From the NCBI GenBank assembly GCA_902530595.1, contig CACAAX010000005.1, positions 6,755 through 70,754 of the forward strand: a stretch of DNA of 64,000 nt, given 5' to 3'. This document shows, piece by piece, positions 44,933 to 54,188 of the stretch. Positions within the stretch are counted from its first letter, which is position 1; each line of letters starts with the position of its first letter. Under the pieces are notes generated by a model. It saw nothing but the letters and a program-made list of their open reading frames with translations. It made no database searches and was not told where the DNA came from. The translations under genes and the position numbers were made by a program. This stretch comes from an uncultured Alphaproteobacteria bacterium. Its GTDB lineage: Bacteria > Pseudomonadota > Alphaproteobacteria > Rhodobacterales > Rhodobacteraceae.

Positions 44933-45961
44933 CTATGTTGATAGATAAATGCTTTTCTTATCATTTTTTTCAAGTTCCATTAAAACGTCCATCAATCTTT
45001 TGCCAGAAAAAAGAACCATATCATTGCCATGATTTTTCCTCTGTGCGCTATTTACAAGAAATTTCACTTCTCTTAAAGCGGGAGCATGTACAACAGCTGA
45101 AACTGGCAAAATTTTAGAACTAAGAGTTTTTAAAAAAGAAAAAGCAAGCAAAGTTATCTTTTCAGATTTTGAGGTTATTGCTCTCTGGTTAATGCTATCG
45201 TATTGAACAGACTCAATATGTGCTCCGATACCTTCATAAATGTAGCGGGCTGCATATATTCCTGGCTGACAGGAAGTTGGGAGGCCAAAAAGACCAGATT
45301 CTGAACGCTTATATAATCGTCTCGCTTCTTCTAATAAACGTTTTGCGATTGAAGCTAACTCTTTGGAAGGTTTAGGGCTTGTCAGAAAATGTTTCAAATC
45401 TATATTTTTTTCCTTCAGCCAATCAGTAGGAATGTATATACGGTTACTTCTTGCATCTTCGCCTATGTCTCTCACAATGTTAGTAAGTTGCATAGCCACA
45501 CCTAGATCACAAGCACGTGCTAATATATCTTTATCTCTTACTCGCATTAGGACACACATCATTACGCCGACTGTTGATGCAACGCGTGCACAATAAGAGC
45601 GTAACTCTGAAAGAGATTTATACCTTCTCCCTTCAGCGTCCCATTGCATTCCTTCTAATAAAGCCATCGGGAGTGCTTTTGGCATTTCATAAAACCTAAC
45701 AAGCTCTGAAAAACATCTATCGGAGGCATGATTTTCAGGTTTTCCCAAATAGACTTTTTCAAGTCTGACAAAAAGCTTTTTTAGAGATAGCAATTTTGCC
45801 TGACTATCATCAATTGCATCGTCGACAATTCGACAAAATGAATACAAAACAATTGCAGAGTCGCGTACTTTTTTGGGAAGAATTTGTGAAGCAGCATAAA
45901 AAGAGTGGGATCCCTTTTTAATTATTTCGTAACAGGTTTCCAGATCCTCTTTGTTATACAT
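44933..45961 (-). CDS. crtB: phytoene synthase
   Basis: Squalene/phytoene synthase motifs YSFCRIVDDAIDD and QLTNIVRDIGEDA. 342 aa. Downstream of crtI. Confidence 0.9.
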   Translation of the reverse strand: MYNKEDLETCYEIIKKGSHSFYAASQILPKKVRDSAIVLYSFCRIVDDAIDDSQAKLLSLKKLFVRLEKVYLGKPENHASDRCFSELVRFYEMPKALPMALLEGMQWDAEGRRYKSLSELRSYCARVASTVGVMMCVLMRVRDKDILARACDLGVAMQLTNIVRDIGEDARSNRIYIPTDWLKEKNIDLKHFLTSPKPSKELASIAKRLLEEARRLYKRSESGLFGLPTSCQPGIYAARYIYEGIGAHIESVQYDSINQRAITSKSEKITLLAFSFLKTLSSKILPVSAVVHAPALREVKFLVNSAQRKNHGNDMVLFSGKRLMDVLMELEKNDKKSIYLST

Positions 45962-45965
45962 TTGA

Positions 45966-47564
45966 TTAAACCTGCATTACTTTCTTATTGGTGGAATAGC
46001 TTGTTTTATTCGAAACCTTTTTCAAATCCGGAAGAATTTCATCTAATATTTCTGCAGATGCAAGAACCCCAGGTAATCCTGGCCCAGGATGAGTACCAGC
46101 GCCAACAAGAAAGAGATTATCAAGCTCTTCTGATCTATTGTGAGGTCTAAACCAGGCGCTTTGAAACATTTGAGGTTCCAAGGAAAAACCACTTCCGAAA
46201 TGACTCAAATATCTTTCCTTAAAATCAAGGGGGGTCATAACATACTCGGTTTTTATTGCTCGACCTAGCCCAGGCAAAAGTCTTCTCTCTAAAACATCAA
46301 GTATTTTTTTCTTGTAGCTTTTTTCAATGTTACGCCAGTGAATATCATTATTAAAACTTAGGTTTGGAACGCAAGCCAATACATAAAAAGTATCGTCTCC
46401 TTTTGGAGCACAAGTTTTGTCAGTAACAGAAGGTCTATGTACATATAAACTCATTTCCTGAGGCAACTTCCCTTTTATAAAAATATCATTAACCTCTTTT
46501 TTATAATTGGGTCCCACCAGAATTGTATGATGCCCGACATTCTTCCACTTTGGTCTTGTTTTTGACGTGCCAAAATGCCAAACAAAGAGACTCATTGACC
46601 AATTCTTCGCGTCTAATTTATGTTTAGTCCACCTTTTCTTTCTTTGGTGCCCTAATAAACTATCATATGTATTCTGAAGATCTGCGTTTGACACTACATA
46701 ATCTGCGCTAATTTTTTCTCCAGACTCCAATTGAACTCCAACTGCTTTGTTATCTTTTGTTAAAATTTTATTAACTGTTGTATCAAGTGTTACTTGACCC
46801 CCTGAGGATTTAATTTTATCTGCCATTTTATTTGCCATGGCTTGAGCTCCTCCGTGAATATAGTAAACACCAAATCTATGCTCCAAATAATTCACTAAAC
46901 CCCACATGGACGTAACAGTGAAGGGATTCCCACCTACAAAAAGTGGATGAAAACTTAACGCAAACCTAAGCTTTGAGTTGGATACATAGCTCGCAGCACT
47001 TTTATAAACTGACCTATCTGCTCTTAGAAGAGCAAATATTGGAAGAACCTTTAGAGTATCCCATAGTCTATGCATGGGACTTCTTCCCATTGAGCCCTTT
47101 TTTGAAAACGCGAAATTATATTGCCTTTCTGATAAACGCATGAACTTTCGATATCCTTTGAGATCATTCGGTGCAAATTTTTTAATTTGAGCCTCAAAAT
47201 TTGATTTGTTGCCAGAAACTGAAAGAACATCATTATCTTCAAATATCAAATCATAATATGGATTAAGCTTTTCTATCTTAACGTGTTTATTGAGATCATC
47301 CCCACATCTCTTCCAAAGTCCTTCAAAGTTTTTTGGTAGAGTCAAAATCGTTGGACCTAGATCAAATCGATGTCCTTTTTGAGTTTTGGATGACCCGCGA
47401 CCACCAACAGTTTGCAATCTATCAAAAACATGGACATGGTACCCTTTTTCAGAGAGAAGCATTGCCGCAGACAAGCCTCCAAATCCCGCTCCAATAATGG
47501 CAACAGAAGGCTTTTCCACTTCTTTCTCACCATCATAGTACGTTTCGTCGGTCTTTTTCAACAT
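45966..47564 (-). CDS. crtI: phytoene desaturase
   Basis: FAD motif VAIIGAGFGGLSAA and C-terminal LFLVGAGTHPGPGLPGVLASA. 532 aa. Confidence 0.9.
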   Translation of the reverse strand: MLKKTDETYYDGEKEVEKPSVAIIGAGFGGLSAAMLLSEKGYHVHVFDRLQTVGGRGSSKTQKGHRFDLGPTILTLPKNFEGLWKRCGDDLNKHVKIEKLNPYYDLIFEDNDVLSVSGNKSNFEAQIKKFAPNDLKGYRKFMRLSERQYNFAFSKKGSMGRSPMHRLWDTLKVLPIFALLRADRSVYKSAASYVSNSKLRFALSFHPLFVGGNPFTVTSMWGLVNYLEHRFGVYYIHGGAQAMANKMADKIKSSGGQVTLDTTVNKILTKDNKAVGVQLESGEKISADYVVSNADLQNTYDSLLGHQRKKRWTKHKLDAKNWSMSLFVWHFGTSKTRPKWKNVGHHTILVGPNYKKEVNDIFIKGKLPQEMSLYVHRPSVTDKTCAPKGDDTFYVLACVPNLSFNNDIHWRNIEKSYKKKILDVLERRLLPGLGRAIKTEYVMTPLDFKERYLSHFGSGFSLEPQMFQSAWFRPHNRSEELDNLFLVGAGTHPGPGLPGVLASAEILDEILPDLKKVSNKTSYSTNKKVMQV

Positions 47565-47579
47565 ATCTGATCTTAAACA

Positions 47580-47597
47580 TGTCAGTTTTTTTTGACA
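47580..47597. promoter_or_regulatory. single extended TGT-N12-ACA palindrome in the crtI-crtA divergent region
   Basis: TGTCAGTTTTTTTTGACA (arms TGTCA/TGACA), 16 nt upstream of the crtI start. Confidence 0.6.
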
Positions 47598-47720
47598 ATA
47601 TTTTTAATAAAAAATATGCTTTGAATTGAATAAGCCATTTTGGAGTAGATAATTAAGACAATTACCATAAGTTTTTTTAGGTTCCAGTCCATATTTGGCA
47701 AACTTTGGGCTTTTTCCCAT

Positions 47721-48356
47721 ATGGGGTTTTCACATTTATATATGAGAAAGATGAAAGGCCTGCAATTTTATAAACTTTTTGGAAGTGGTGTGGGGGAAGG
47801 CTTTACCCCTGTATTAAACCCTAATGTTTATGCTATCATGGCAGTATGGGATAGTGTGACCGATGCGGATCAAAACATAGCCAACTCATCAATTTTCAAA
47901 CAATATAAAAATAGATCAAAAGAAAACTGGACGCTATATCTAAAACCTACCAGATCTTGGGGTAGTTGGGATAAAAGAAACCCGTTTGAAATAACTGATA
48001 ACCTCGATCAAACATTTCCTGTAGTAGCGCTTACAAGAGCAACAATAAAAACGAGTATCCTTTTAAAGTTTTGGAAAAGAGTGCCAGATATATCAAAAAC
48101 AATTGGGCTCAATAGAAATGTTTTATTTAAAATCGGCTTAGGAGAAATTCCATGGTTTCACCAAGTCACCTTCTCAATATGGCCAAGTCAGGAAAGCATG
48201 GATCAATTTGCTAGAAATCATGGGCCTCACAAGGAGGCCATCAAAGCTGTAAGGGAAAATAATTGGTTTAAAGAGGAACTCTATGCACGATTTGCCATAG
48301 ACAAACAAATCGGCCAATGGCCAGAAATAAATATAAATAGGGAATCAAGTGAATAA
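47721..48356 (+). CDS. crtA: spheroidene monooxygenase; true start probably upstream at a non-canonical codon (about 47649-47667)
   Basis: Sits upstream of bchIDO and divergent from crtI. Contains FYKLFGSGVGEGFTP, as I recall for CrtA. The in-frame upstream segment IIKTITISFFRFQSIFGKLWAFSH looks like the conserved CrtA N-terminus but holds no ATG, GTG or TTG. Confidence 0.7.
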   Translation: MGFSHLYMRKMKGLQFYKLFGSGVGEGFTPVLNPNVYAIMAVWDSVTDADQNIANSSIFKQYKNRSKENWTLYLKPTRSWGSWDKRNPFEITDNLDQTFPVVALTRATIKTSILLKFWKRVPDISKTIGLNRNVLFKIGLGEIPWFHQVTFSIWPSQESMDQFARNHGPHKEAIKAVRENNWFKEELYARFAIDKQIGQWPEININRESSE

Positions 48357-49368
48357 GTATTTTCCATTCTCAGCAATAGTTGGACAAGAACAAATGAAAC
48401 TTGCTCTGATTTTGACAGCAATCGATCCATCAATTGGAGGCGTACTCGTCTTTGGAGATCGAGGCACTGGGAAATCAACCATTGTTAGATCGCTCGCGGA
48501 ATTATTACCAAAGCAAAATTTTGTAATAGATTGCTCCTTTAATTGTCAGAATTCATTTAATCTGTGCGATCAGTGTAAAAAAAAGAAGTCTCTTGAGTTT
48601 GAAGAACGTTCAACTCCTGTTATAGATCTTCCATTGGGGTCAACAGAAGACAGAGTTGTTGGAGCACTAAATTTAGAAATTGCTTTAACTGAGGGCAGGA
48701 AAGTGTTTGAACCAGGCTTGTTAGCCAAAGCAAATAGTGGCTTCCTTTATATAGATGAGGTCAACTTGCTTGAGGATCATATCGTTGATCTGCTTTTAGA
48801 TGTTGCTGCATCAGGAGAGAACATAGTCGAAAGGGATGGAATATCTATAAGACACTCATCAAAGTTCGTCTTAATTGGTTCTGGGAATCCTGAAGAGGGT
48901 GAACTCAGACCGCAGCTACTTGATAGATTTGGTTTCTCAGTAAATGTGGGTTCCCCCTCTGAAATATCGCAAAGGATTGAAGTGATTAAAAGAAGAGATG
49001 AGTTTGAAAGAGATCCTCAAGCTTTTTTACGGAAGTGGAGACGGAAAGATTTAACAGTGCAAAAAAAAATAATTCATGCAAAAAATGCTTTAGATAATAT
49101 TGAGCTTGACGATAGTATTTTATCAAAGTGTGCTGAAATTTGTATCGCGGTGGGCTCTGATGGATTGAGGGGAGAATTAACACTTTTGAGGGCTTTAAGA
49201 GCACTCTGTGCGTTTAATGAGACAACAAAGCCAACTTTAGAGGATATTAGAGAGATAGCTGTTTACACTCTTAGCCATAGACTGAGAAGGGATCCATTGG
49301 ATGATACAAGTTCAGAGGTGCGCGTGAAAAGAAAAGTCAATGAACTGATAGATGACAAAAAAAATTGA
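48349..49368 (+). CDS. bchI: magnesium chelatase ATPase subunit I
   Basis: FPFSAIVGQEQMKLAL, Walker A GDRGTGKST, Walker B LYIDEVNLL, and LLDRFG. GTG start overlaps the crtA end by 8 nt. Confidence 0.92.
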   Translation: MNKYFPFSAIVGQEQMKLALILTAIDPSIGGVLVFGDRGTGKSTIVRSLAELLPKQNFVIDCSFNCQNSFNLCDQCKKKKSLEFEERSTPVIDLPLGSTEDRVVGALNLEIALTEGRKVFEPGLLAKANSGFLYIDEVNLLEDHIVDLLLDVAASGENIVERDGISIRHSSKFVLIGSGNPEEGELRPQLLDRFGFSVNVGSPSEISQRIEVIKRRDEFERDPQAFLRKWRRKDLTVQKKIIHAKNALDNIELDDSILSKCAEICIAVGSDGLRGELTLLRALRALCAFNETTKPTLEDIREIAVYTLSHRLRRDPLDDTSSEVRVKRKVNELIDDKKN

Positions 49369-51058
49369 CTTTCTTGAACATGAGCTCGATGTAAATGCTC
49401 TCATTCAGGGCATATTAACAGTTAGTAGCATCGACCCCTCCCTTGGTTCGTTATCTATAAAGGCCAACTATTCAACCTTAAGAACGGTGTTTCTTTCTAA
49501 CCTCTTGTCCCTATTAAAACCAAAACGATTGAAAAAAATTTATCCCTTTCAAAATCCAACCGACTTTGCCAATAACATTAACATGGTCGATACATTAACC
49601 TTTGGTACGCCAAAATATAATGAAGATATATTCTCATCCGATAACATCGCTTTAATTTTAACTAACACGGAAAAAATGGAAAAAGGTCTAGCTACATTTT
49701 TGAGAAACAAAATTAAGAACAACAGCAACAAATTCTTTATTGCATTAGACGAAAGCGAAAGTAACGAAGTGCCCAGAGAAAATCTATCCGACTATCTTAT
49801 TTTTTCTATAAATCTGGATGGCACAAGACATAAAGATTTGAAAAAAGTTTCTATAAATAGAAAAAAAATTTCTGAGGCTAAAGAAAAGCTGGCGGCTGTA
49901 CAAGTTAATAAAAAAATATTGGATTACTTAATCGCGTCCGCCGAAATGTTTTCTATTTCCAATATGCATACAATTTTTACCACCTTAAAAGTTGCTAAGT
50001 CATTATGTGCTTATAAAGGAAAAAAGAGTGTAACGAGAGAAGACATAAACCTAGCTATTTCCCTCTCAATGATTCATAAGGCAAAACAAATTCCAGAATT
50101 TCAACAAGAGGAGAAAGTAGCTACGCCTGAACAAGAACAAACAAGAGATGATAATGAAAGTAAAGCGAACGAAACAAAACTAAATAGTGAAGACAAAAAA
50201 ATGCTCATAGATGCTCTTAAAATCTCTCTCCCAAGCAGCCTCATTGAGACTCTTTTGTCAAAAAATTCTCAATCTATTAGTTATGGGGAAGCAACTGGAT
50301 CTGGAGAAAGAAACATTAATTTCTCTGCAGGTCGCCCTATCCCTTCCGTTAATAGGAAATATTCTTCTGACAAAAGAATTGATTTGATGGGGACGCTTAC
50401 AAAATCTATCCCTTGGCAAAAAATAAGATCTTCTTCAGTTACAAAAAATAAAAAAATAATCATTTATCCACAAGACATCATGATAAAAAGATTTGAGAAG
50501 CAGTCAGAGAGGCTTCTAATATTTTTAGTTGATGCCTCAGGCTCAAATGCTATTGGGCGGTTAAATGAAGCAAAGGGGGCTATCGAGATATTATTATCCG
50601 ATGCTTATGCAAAGCGAGATAATGTTGCTCTCATTTCTTTTAGTGGATTGAAAGCTGATCCTTTACTATTACCTACAAAATCTCTTGTGACAGCCAAGAA
50701 AAAATTGAGTTCACTGCCTGGAGGTGGTGCTACACCTTTGGCAAATGGTCTACTCGAAGCATTTAATATGGCATCTGCCGCTAGATCCCGAAGTATAAAA
50801 CCTATTATTATCCTCTTATCTGACGGTAGGGGAAACATGTCGCTTGATGGAGTGGGAGATCGTGTTAAAGCTATTGAGGATACAACCTACATAGCATCAT
50901 TAATAAAACGAAACGCCATCAATAATATCTTTATTGATACGTCTAGAAGAAAAACACCAATGGCTAATGAGCTCGCAAGAGAGCTAAACGGTCATTATTT
51001 CCAATTGCCAATGGCTAATTCCAACAGCATTTCAAAAGCAGTTCAGCGATCGATATAG
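49352..51058 (+). CDS. bchD: magnesium chelatase subunit D
   Basis: Degenerate AAA-like N-terminal domain, acidic linker (QQEEKVATPEQEQTRDDNESK), and a C-terminal vWA domain with MIDAS motif DASGS. Follows bchI. Confidence 0.85.
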   Translation: MTKKIDFLEHELDVNALIQGILTVSSIDPSLGSLSIKANYSTLRTVFLSNLLSLLKPKRLKKIYPFQNPTDFANNINMVDTLTFGTPKYNEDIFSSDNIALILTNTEKMEKGLATFLRNKIKNNSNKFFIALDESESNEVPRENLSDYLIFSINLDGTRHKDLKKVSINRKKISEAKEKLAAVQVNKKILDYLIASAEMFSISNMHTIFTTLKVAKSLCAYKGKKSVTREDINLAISLSMIHKAKQIPEFQQEEKVATPEQEQTRDDNESKANETKLNSEDKKMLIDALKISLPSSLIETLLSKNSQSISYGEATGSGERNINFSAGRPIPSVNRKYSSDKRIDLMGTLTKSIPWQKIRSSSVTKNKKIIIYPQDIMIKRFEKQSERLLIFLVDASGSNAIGRLNEAKGAIEILLSDAYAKRDNVALISFSGLKADPLLLPTKSLVTAKKKLSSLPGGGATPLANGLLEAFNMASAARSRSIKPIIILLSDGRGNMSLDGVGDRVKAIEDTTYIASLIKRNAINNIFIDTSRRKTPMANELARELNGHYFQLPMANSNSISKAVQRSI

Positions 51059-51067
51059 TGCATAGAG

Positions 51068-51919
51068 ATGGTTAAAGACGCTTCAAATAATTTTTGGCCA
51101 TACTCTGAACATAGTAAGTTCCTTGAGACCGATAATTTTGTCTGGCATTATCAATTAATTGGGAAACCAGGCAACCCTATTATACTCCTTATCCATGGAG
51201 CTGGAGCTTCTTCTCATTCTTGGGCCAATCTAATACCAAAACTAAATGAGTTTCAAGTTTTAGCGGTTGACCTACCTGGACACAGATTCTCAAAGATAAA
51301 AAAAGGAATACGACCTCAACACGATACTATTGTGAGGGATTTGATAATTCTTTTTGAGTCATTAAAGATTAAACCAAACATCTTTGTGGGTCACTCTATC
51401 GGTGCGGTAATCGTTTTGTCCTTATCCGTTATCTACAAGGGACCTCTGTCATCCATAGTTCTTATAAACGGTGCTCTAGAGAGATTTGAAGGTCCAGCTG
51501 GGACCATTTTTCCACTAATGGCAAAAGTGTTTTATGGGAGCCCTTTAACTAAATATTGGATAAGGCTTTTTAATAGTGCCGAAACAAGTCTTAGAAAATT
51601 TCTATCAATATCTGGGAGCAATCTTAATAGTAAAAATATTGACTACTATATGAAACTCATGACTGATGAGGACCATGTTACCGGCACTCTGGCATTCATT
51701 TCTAATTGGGATATCGGCGATATTGAAAAAAAAATAAAAAAAGTCAGTGTTCCAACTCTTTTTTTAGCAGGCATGCACGACGGGATTGTAAATTATAAAA
51801 CATCTGTAAGAGCTCACAAAAAAGCATTTAACGCTAAAATAAAGCTTTTTGAAAGTGAGGGCCATTTGATCCACGAAGTTTCAAGTGCAAAAATTGCCAA
51901 AGAGATTAATTCTCTTTGA
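51068..51919 (+). CDS. bchO: BchO-type alpha/beta hydrolase (Mg-chelatase-associated 30-kDa protein)
   Basis: Alpha/beta-hydrolase fold (LIHGAGASSHSW; nucleophile elbow GHSIGA). Sits in the crtA-bchI-bchD-bchO order. Confidence 0.7.
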   Translation: MVKDASNNFWPYSEHSKFLETDNFVWHYQLIGKPGNPIILLIHGAGASSHSWANLIPKLNEFQVLAVDLPGHRFSKIKKGIRPQHDTIVRDLIILFESLKIKPNIFVGHSIGAVIVLSLSVIYKGPLSSIVLINGALERFEGPAGTIFPLMAKVFYGSPLTKYWIRLFNSAETSLRKFLSISGSNLNSKNIDYYMKLMTDEDHVTGTLAFISNWDIGDIEKKIKKVSVPTLFLAGMHDGIVNYKTSVRAHKKAFNAKIKLFESEGHLIHEVSSAKIAKEINSL

Positions 51920-51932
51920 TTTTGAAGTCACA

Positions 51933-52706
51933 CTAAGTTCCTGTAAAATTTGGTTTTTCTTTTTTAAAAAAAGACTCTACAGCAGATTTAAAGTCGTTGC
52001 TCAGCATCAAATTATCTTGTTCTCTCGCTTCATGATTGAATCTATCACAATAAGCTTTAAAAGTATCTTCACGCATTACTTGCTTTGCAGCAGATGCCGC
52101 TAAAGGCGATCTTTGCGATAATTCTTCAGCCCAGCTTCTTACGTCATCAATAAAGCTACCATCTTGAAATATTTTGTTTGCCAATCCATAGTTTAGACAT
52201 TCCTCCGAAGATAGATGGCTGCCCGAAACAATTACCTCTAAAGCTTTTCTATACCCAAGAGATTTTTGAAGAAGATACGTTGCTCCTCCATCAGGTACCA
52301 AGCCAATATTAGAAAATACCATTGAAATACGAGATGAAGCCGCCATAACCGTAAAATCACAATTCATAGCTAGAGCCGTTCCTATTCCAGCTGCTGATCC
52401 ATGTACGGCAGCTATGAAAAGTTTTTGACTTTTTGAGATTATTTCAAATATGGGAAAATATTCATCTAAAAGTTGTTTTGAAGGAGGCATTTGCCCTCCG
52501 TCATTTAAATCGGCGCCAGCGCAAAAACCAGGGCCCTCTCCTCTCAATATCACTATTCTCGTATCTTTATTTTGATCAATTTTCCTCAAGTTTTCAACGA
52601 GACTTAACCTGAGTTCTGTATTAAAGGTGTTATAATTTTCTGGCCTATTAATTAAAACCTCGACTATGTGGTCCGTTAAATGCTCTACTATTATAATTTC
52701 CGACAT
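51933..52706 (-). CDS. enoyl-CoA hydratase/isomerase (crotonase) family protein
   Basis: Crotonase oxyanion-hole region GEGPGFCAGADL, and AAVHGSAAGIG. 257 aa. Confidence 0.8.
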   Translation of the reverse strand: MSEIIIVEHLTDHIVEVLINRPENYNTFNTELRLSLVENLRKIDQNKDTRIVILRGEGPGFCAGADLNDGGQMPPSKQLLDEYFPIFEIISKSQKLFIAAVHGSAAGIGTALAMNCDFTVMAASSRISMVFSNIGLVPDGGATYLLQKSLGYRKALEVIVSGSHLSSEECLNYGLANKIFQDGSFIDDVRSWAEELSQRSPLAASAAKQVMREDTFKAYCDRFNHEAREQDNLMLSNDFKSAVESFFKKEKPNFTGT

Positions 52707-52782
52707 TTAATTCTTTCCTATTATAGTTTCACGTATACGACTATTGTTATTCAAGAATACAAGCTTTTAACTGACAAGTTCA

Positions 52783-54003
52783 ATGATCAATATAGATTTT
52801 TATATAAAAAATTTACGCTGGCTCTATGTAGTATTTATTCTTACTTTTTGTTCTGCTTTTGGTCAGACTTTCTTCATTTCATTATACTCAGGAGAAATTA
52901 GGGCTGCTTTTGAGTTAACTCATGGTCAATGGGGACTGATCTATTCATGCGCGACTTTATCTTCAGCAATTATAATCCTCTTTGTGGGTGGTTATGCAGA
53001 TAGCATTTCAGCTAAAAGACTCAGCACTCTGATAATTTTTGGATTGATAGTTTTTGTATTTTTAATGGCGAACAATACTTCAACATGGGGGCTAGTATTT
53101 ATCATTCTGGGTCTCCGTTTTTTTGGTCAAGGAATGCTTGGGCATATATCAATGGTCTTTTGTGGCAAATGGTTTTTTAAAAATAAGGGGAAGGCAGTCG
53201 CCGTTGCAAACTCTGGTTACACTCTTGCAGAAGCTATAATGCCCACAATATTTGTTGCTATAATAGGCCTTCTAAGTTGGCAGGTCAGCTGGTATGTATC
53301 GATAATAATGAGTGTACTGATATTGGCATCAGTCAGGTTTCTGGCAAGAACAGAGCGAAACAAGGGCACAATGCCACAGAAAGAAAATCAGCATGTAGGT
53401 ATGTTGAAAAAATCATGGAAGCGATCCGAGATGTTAAGGAGTTGGGTTTTTTGGGCTGCAGTGCCGGGGTTAATGACTTCTCCTATGATTACAACAACCC
53501 TCTTCTTCCACCAAGTTCATTTAGTAGAAATAAAAAGTTGGGATCTTTCAACATATGTCCTATTTATTCCAGCCTATTCAGCTGCAACTCTTTTTTCTTT
53601 GTATGCAATCGGTTATTTGGTGGATAAGCTTTCCACAAAAATTATTCTACCTGTTTTTCTTTTTCCTCTCATCTCGGGGTTATTACTCTTATCGATCGCT
53701 ACAAGTTACTTGGAATTACTCTTTATCTTTATCCTGTTAGGTTTAAGCGCGGGGGCATACACCGTGGTATATGGAACTTTTTTCCCGGAATTCTTTGGAT
53801 CTTTATATCTGGGGTCAGTGCGTACGGTTGGATTAACCATTATGGTTTTCAGTTCTGCTATAGGACCTGTTTTAAGTGGTTATTTCATAGACTTAGGCTA
53901 TCTCATTGATCATCAGTTCAAATTTTTTGCTGCATTTTCGGTGTTTGCTTCCTTATTATTTTTAACTATCAATCTTAGCGTGAAGCTCCCTGAAAAAGCT
54001 TAA
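52783..54003 (+). CDS. MFS transporter
   Basis: 406 aa with about 12 predicted transmembrane segments and a central cytoplasmic loop (ARTERNKGTMPQKENQH). Substrate unknown. Confidence 0.65.
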   Translation: MINIDFYIKNLRWLYVVFILTFCSAFGQTFFISLYSGEIRAAFELTHGQWGLIYSCATLSSAIIILFVGGYADSISAKRLSTLIIFGLIVFVFLMANNTSTWGLVFIILGLRFFGQGMLGHISMVFCGKWFFKNKGKAVAVANSGYTLAEAIMPTIFVAIIGLLSWQVSWYVSIIMSVLILASVRFLARTERNKGTMPQKENQHVGMLKKSWKRSEMLRSWVFWAAVPGLMTSPMITTTLFFHQVHLVEIKSWDLSTYVLFIPAYSAATLFSLYAIGYLVDKLSTKIILPVFLFPLISGLLLLSIATSYLELLFIFILLGLSAGAYTVVYGTFFPEFFGSLYLGSVRTVGLTIMVFSSAIGPVLSGYFIDLGYLIDHQFKFFAAFSVFASLLFLTINLSVKLPEKA

Positions 54004-54188
54004 AGTGAAAATTGAAAAGCGTATATGATCAGGCATACAGTTCATGATATTAAGATGGGAAAGAATGCTAAAATGAATACAATCGCAGTTACATAGGGCT
54101 ATAATGCTAAAGAAGAACGAAAGAAAGCGAGTGCAGACTGTATAATTAATGACCCCAGTGAATTAAATAAATATTAAGAGGCCTTTAA

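Noticed and set aside
51885-52103. 72-aa + strand ORF after bchO
   Set aside because: It overlaps the bchO 3' end and runs antisense through the enoyl-CoA hydratase gene. It is a shadow ORF.
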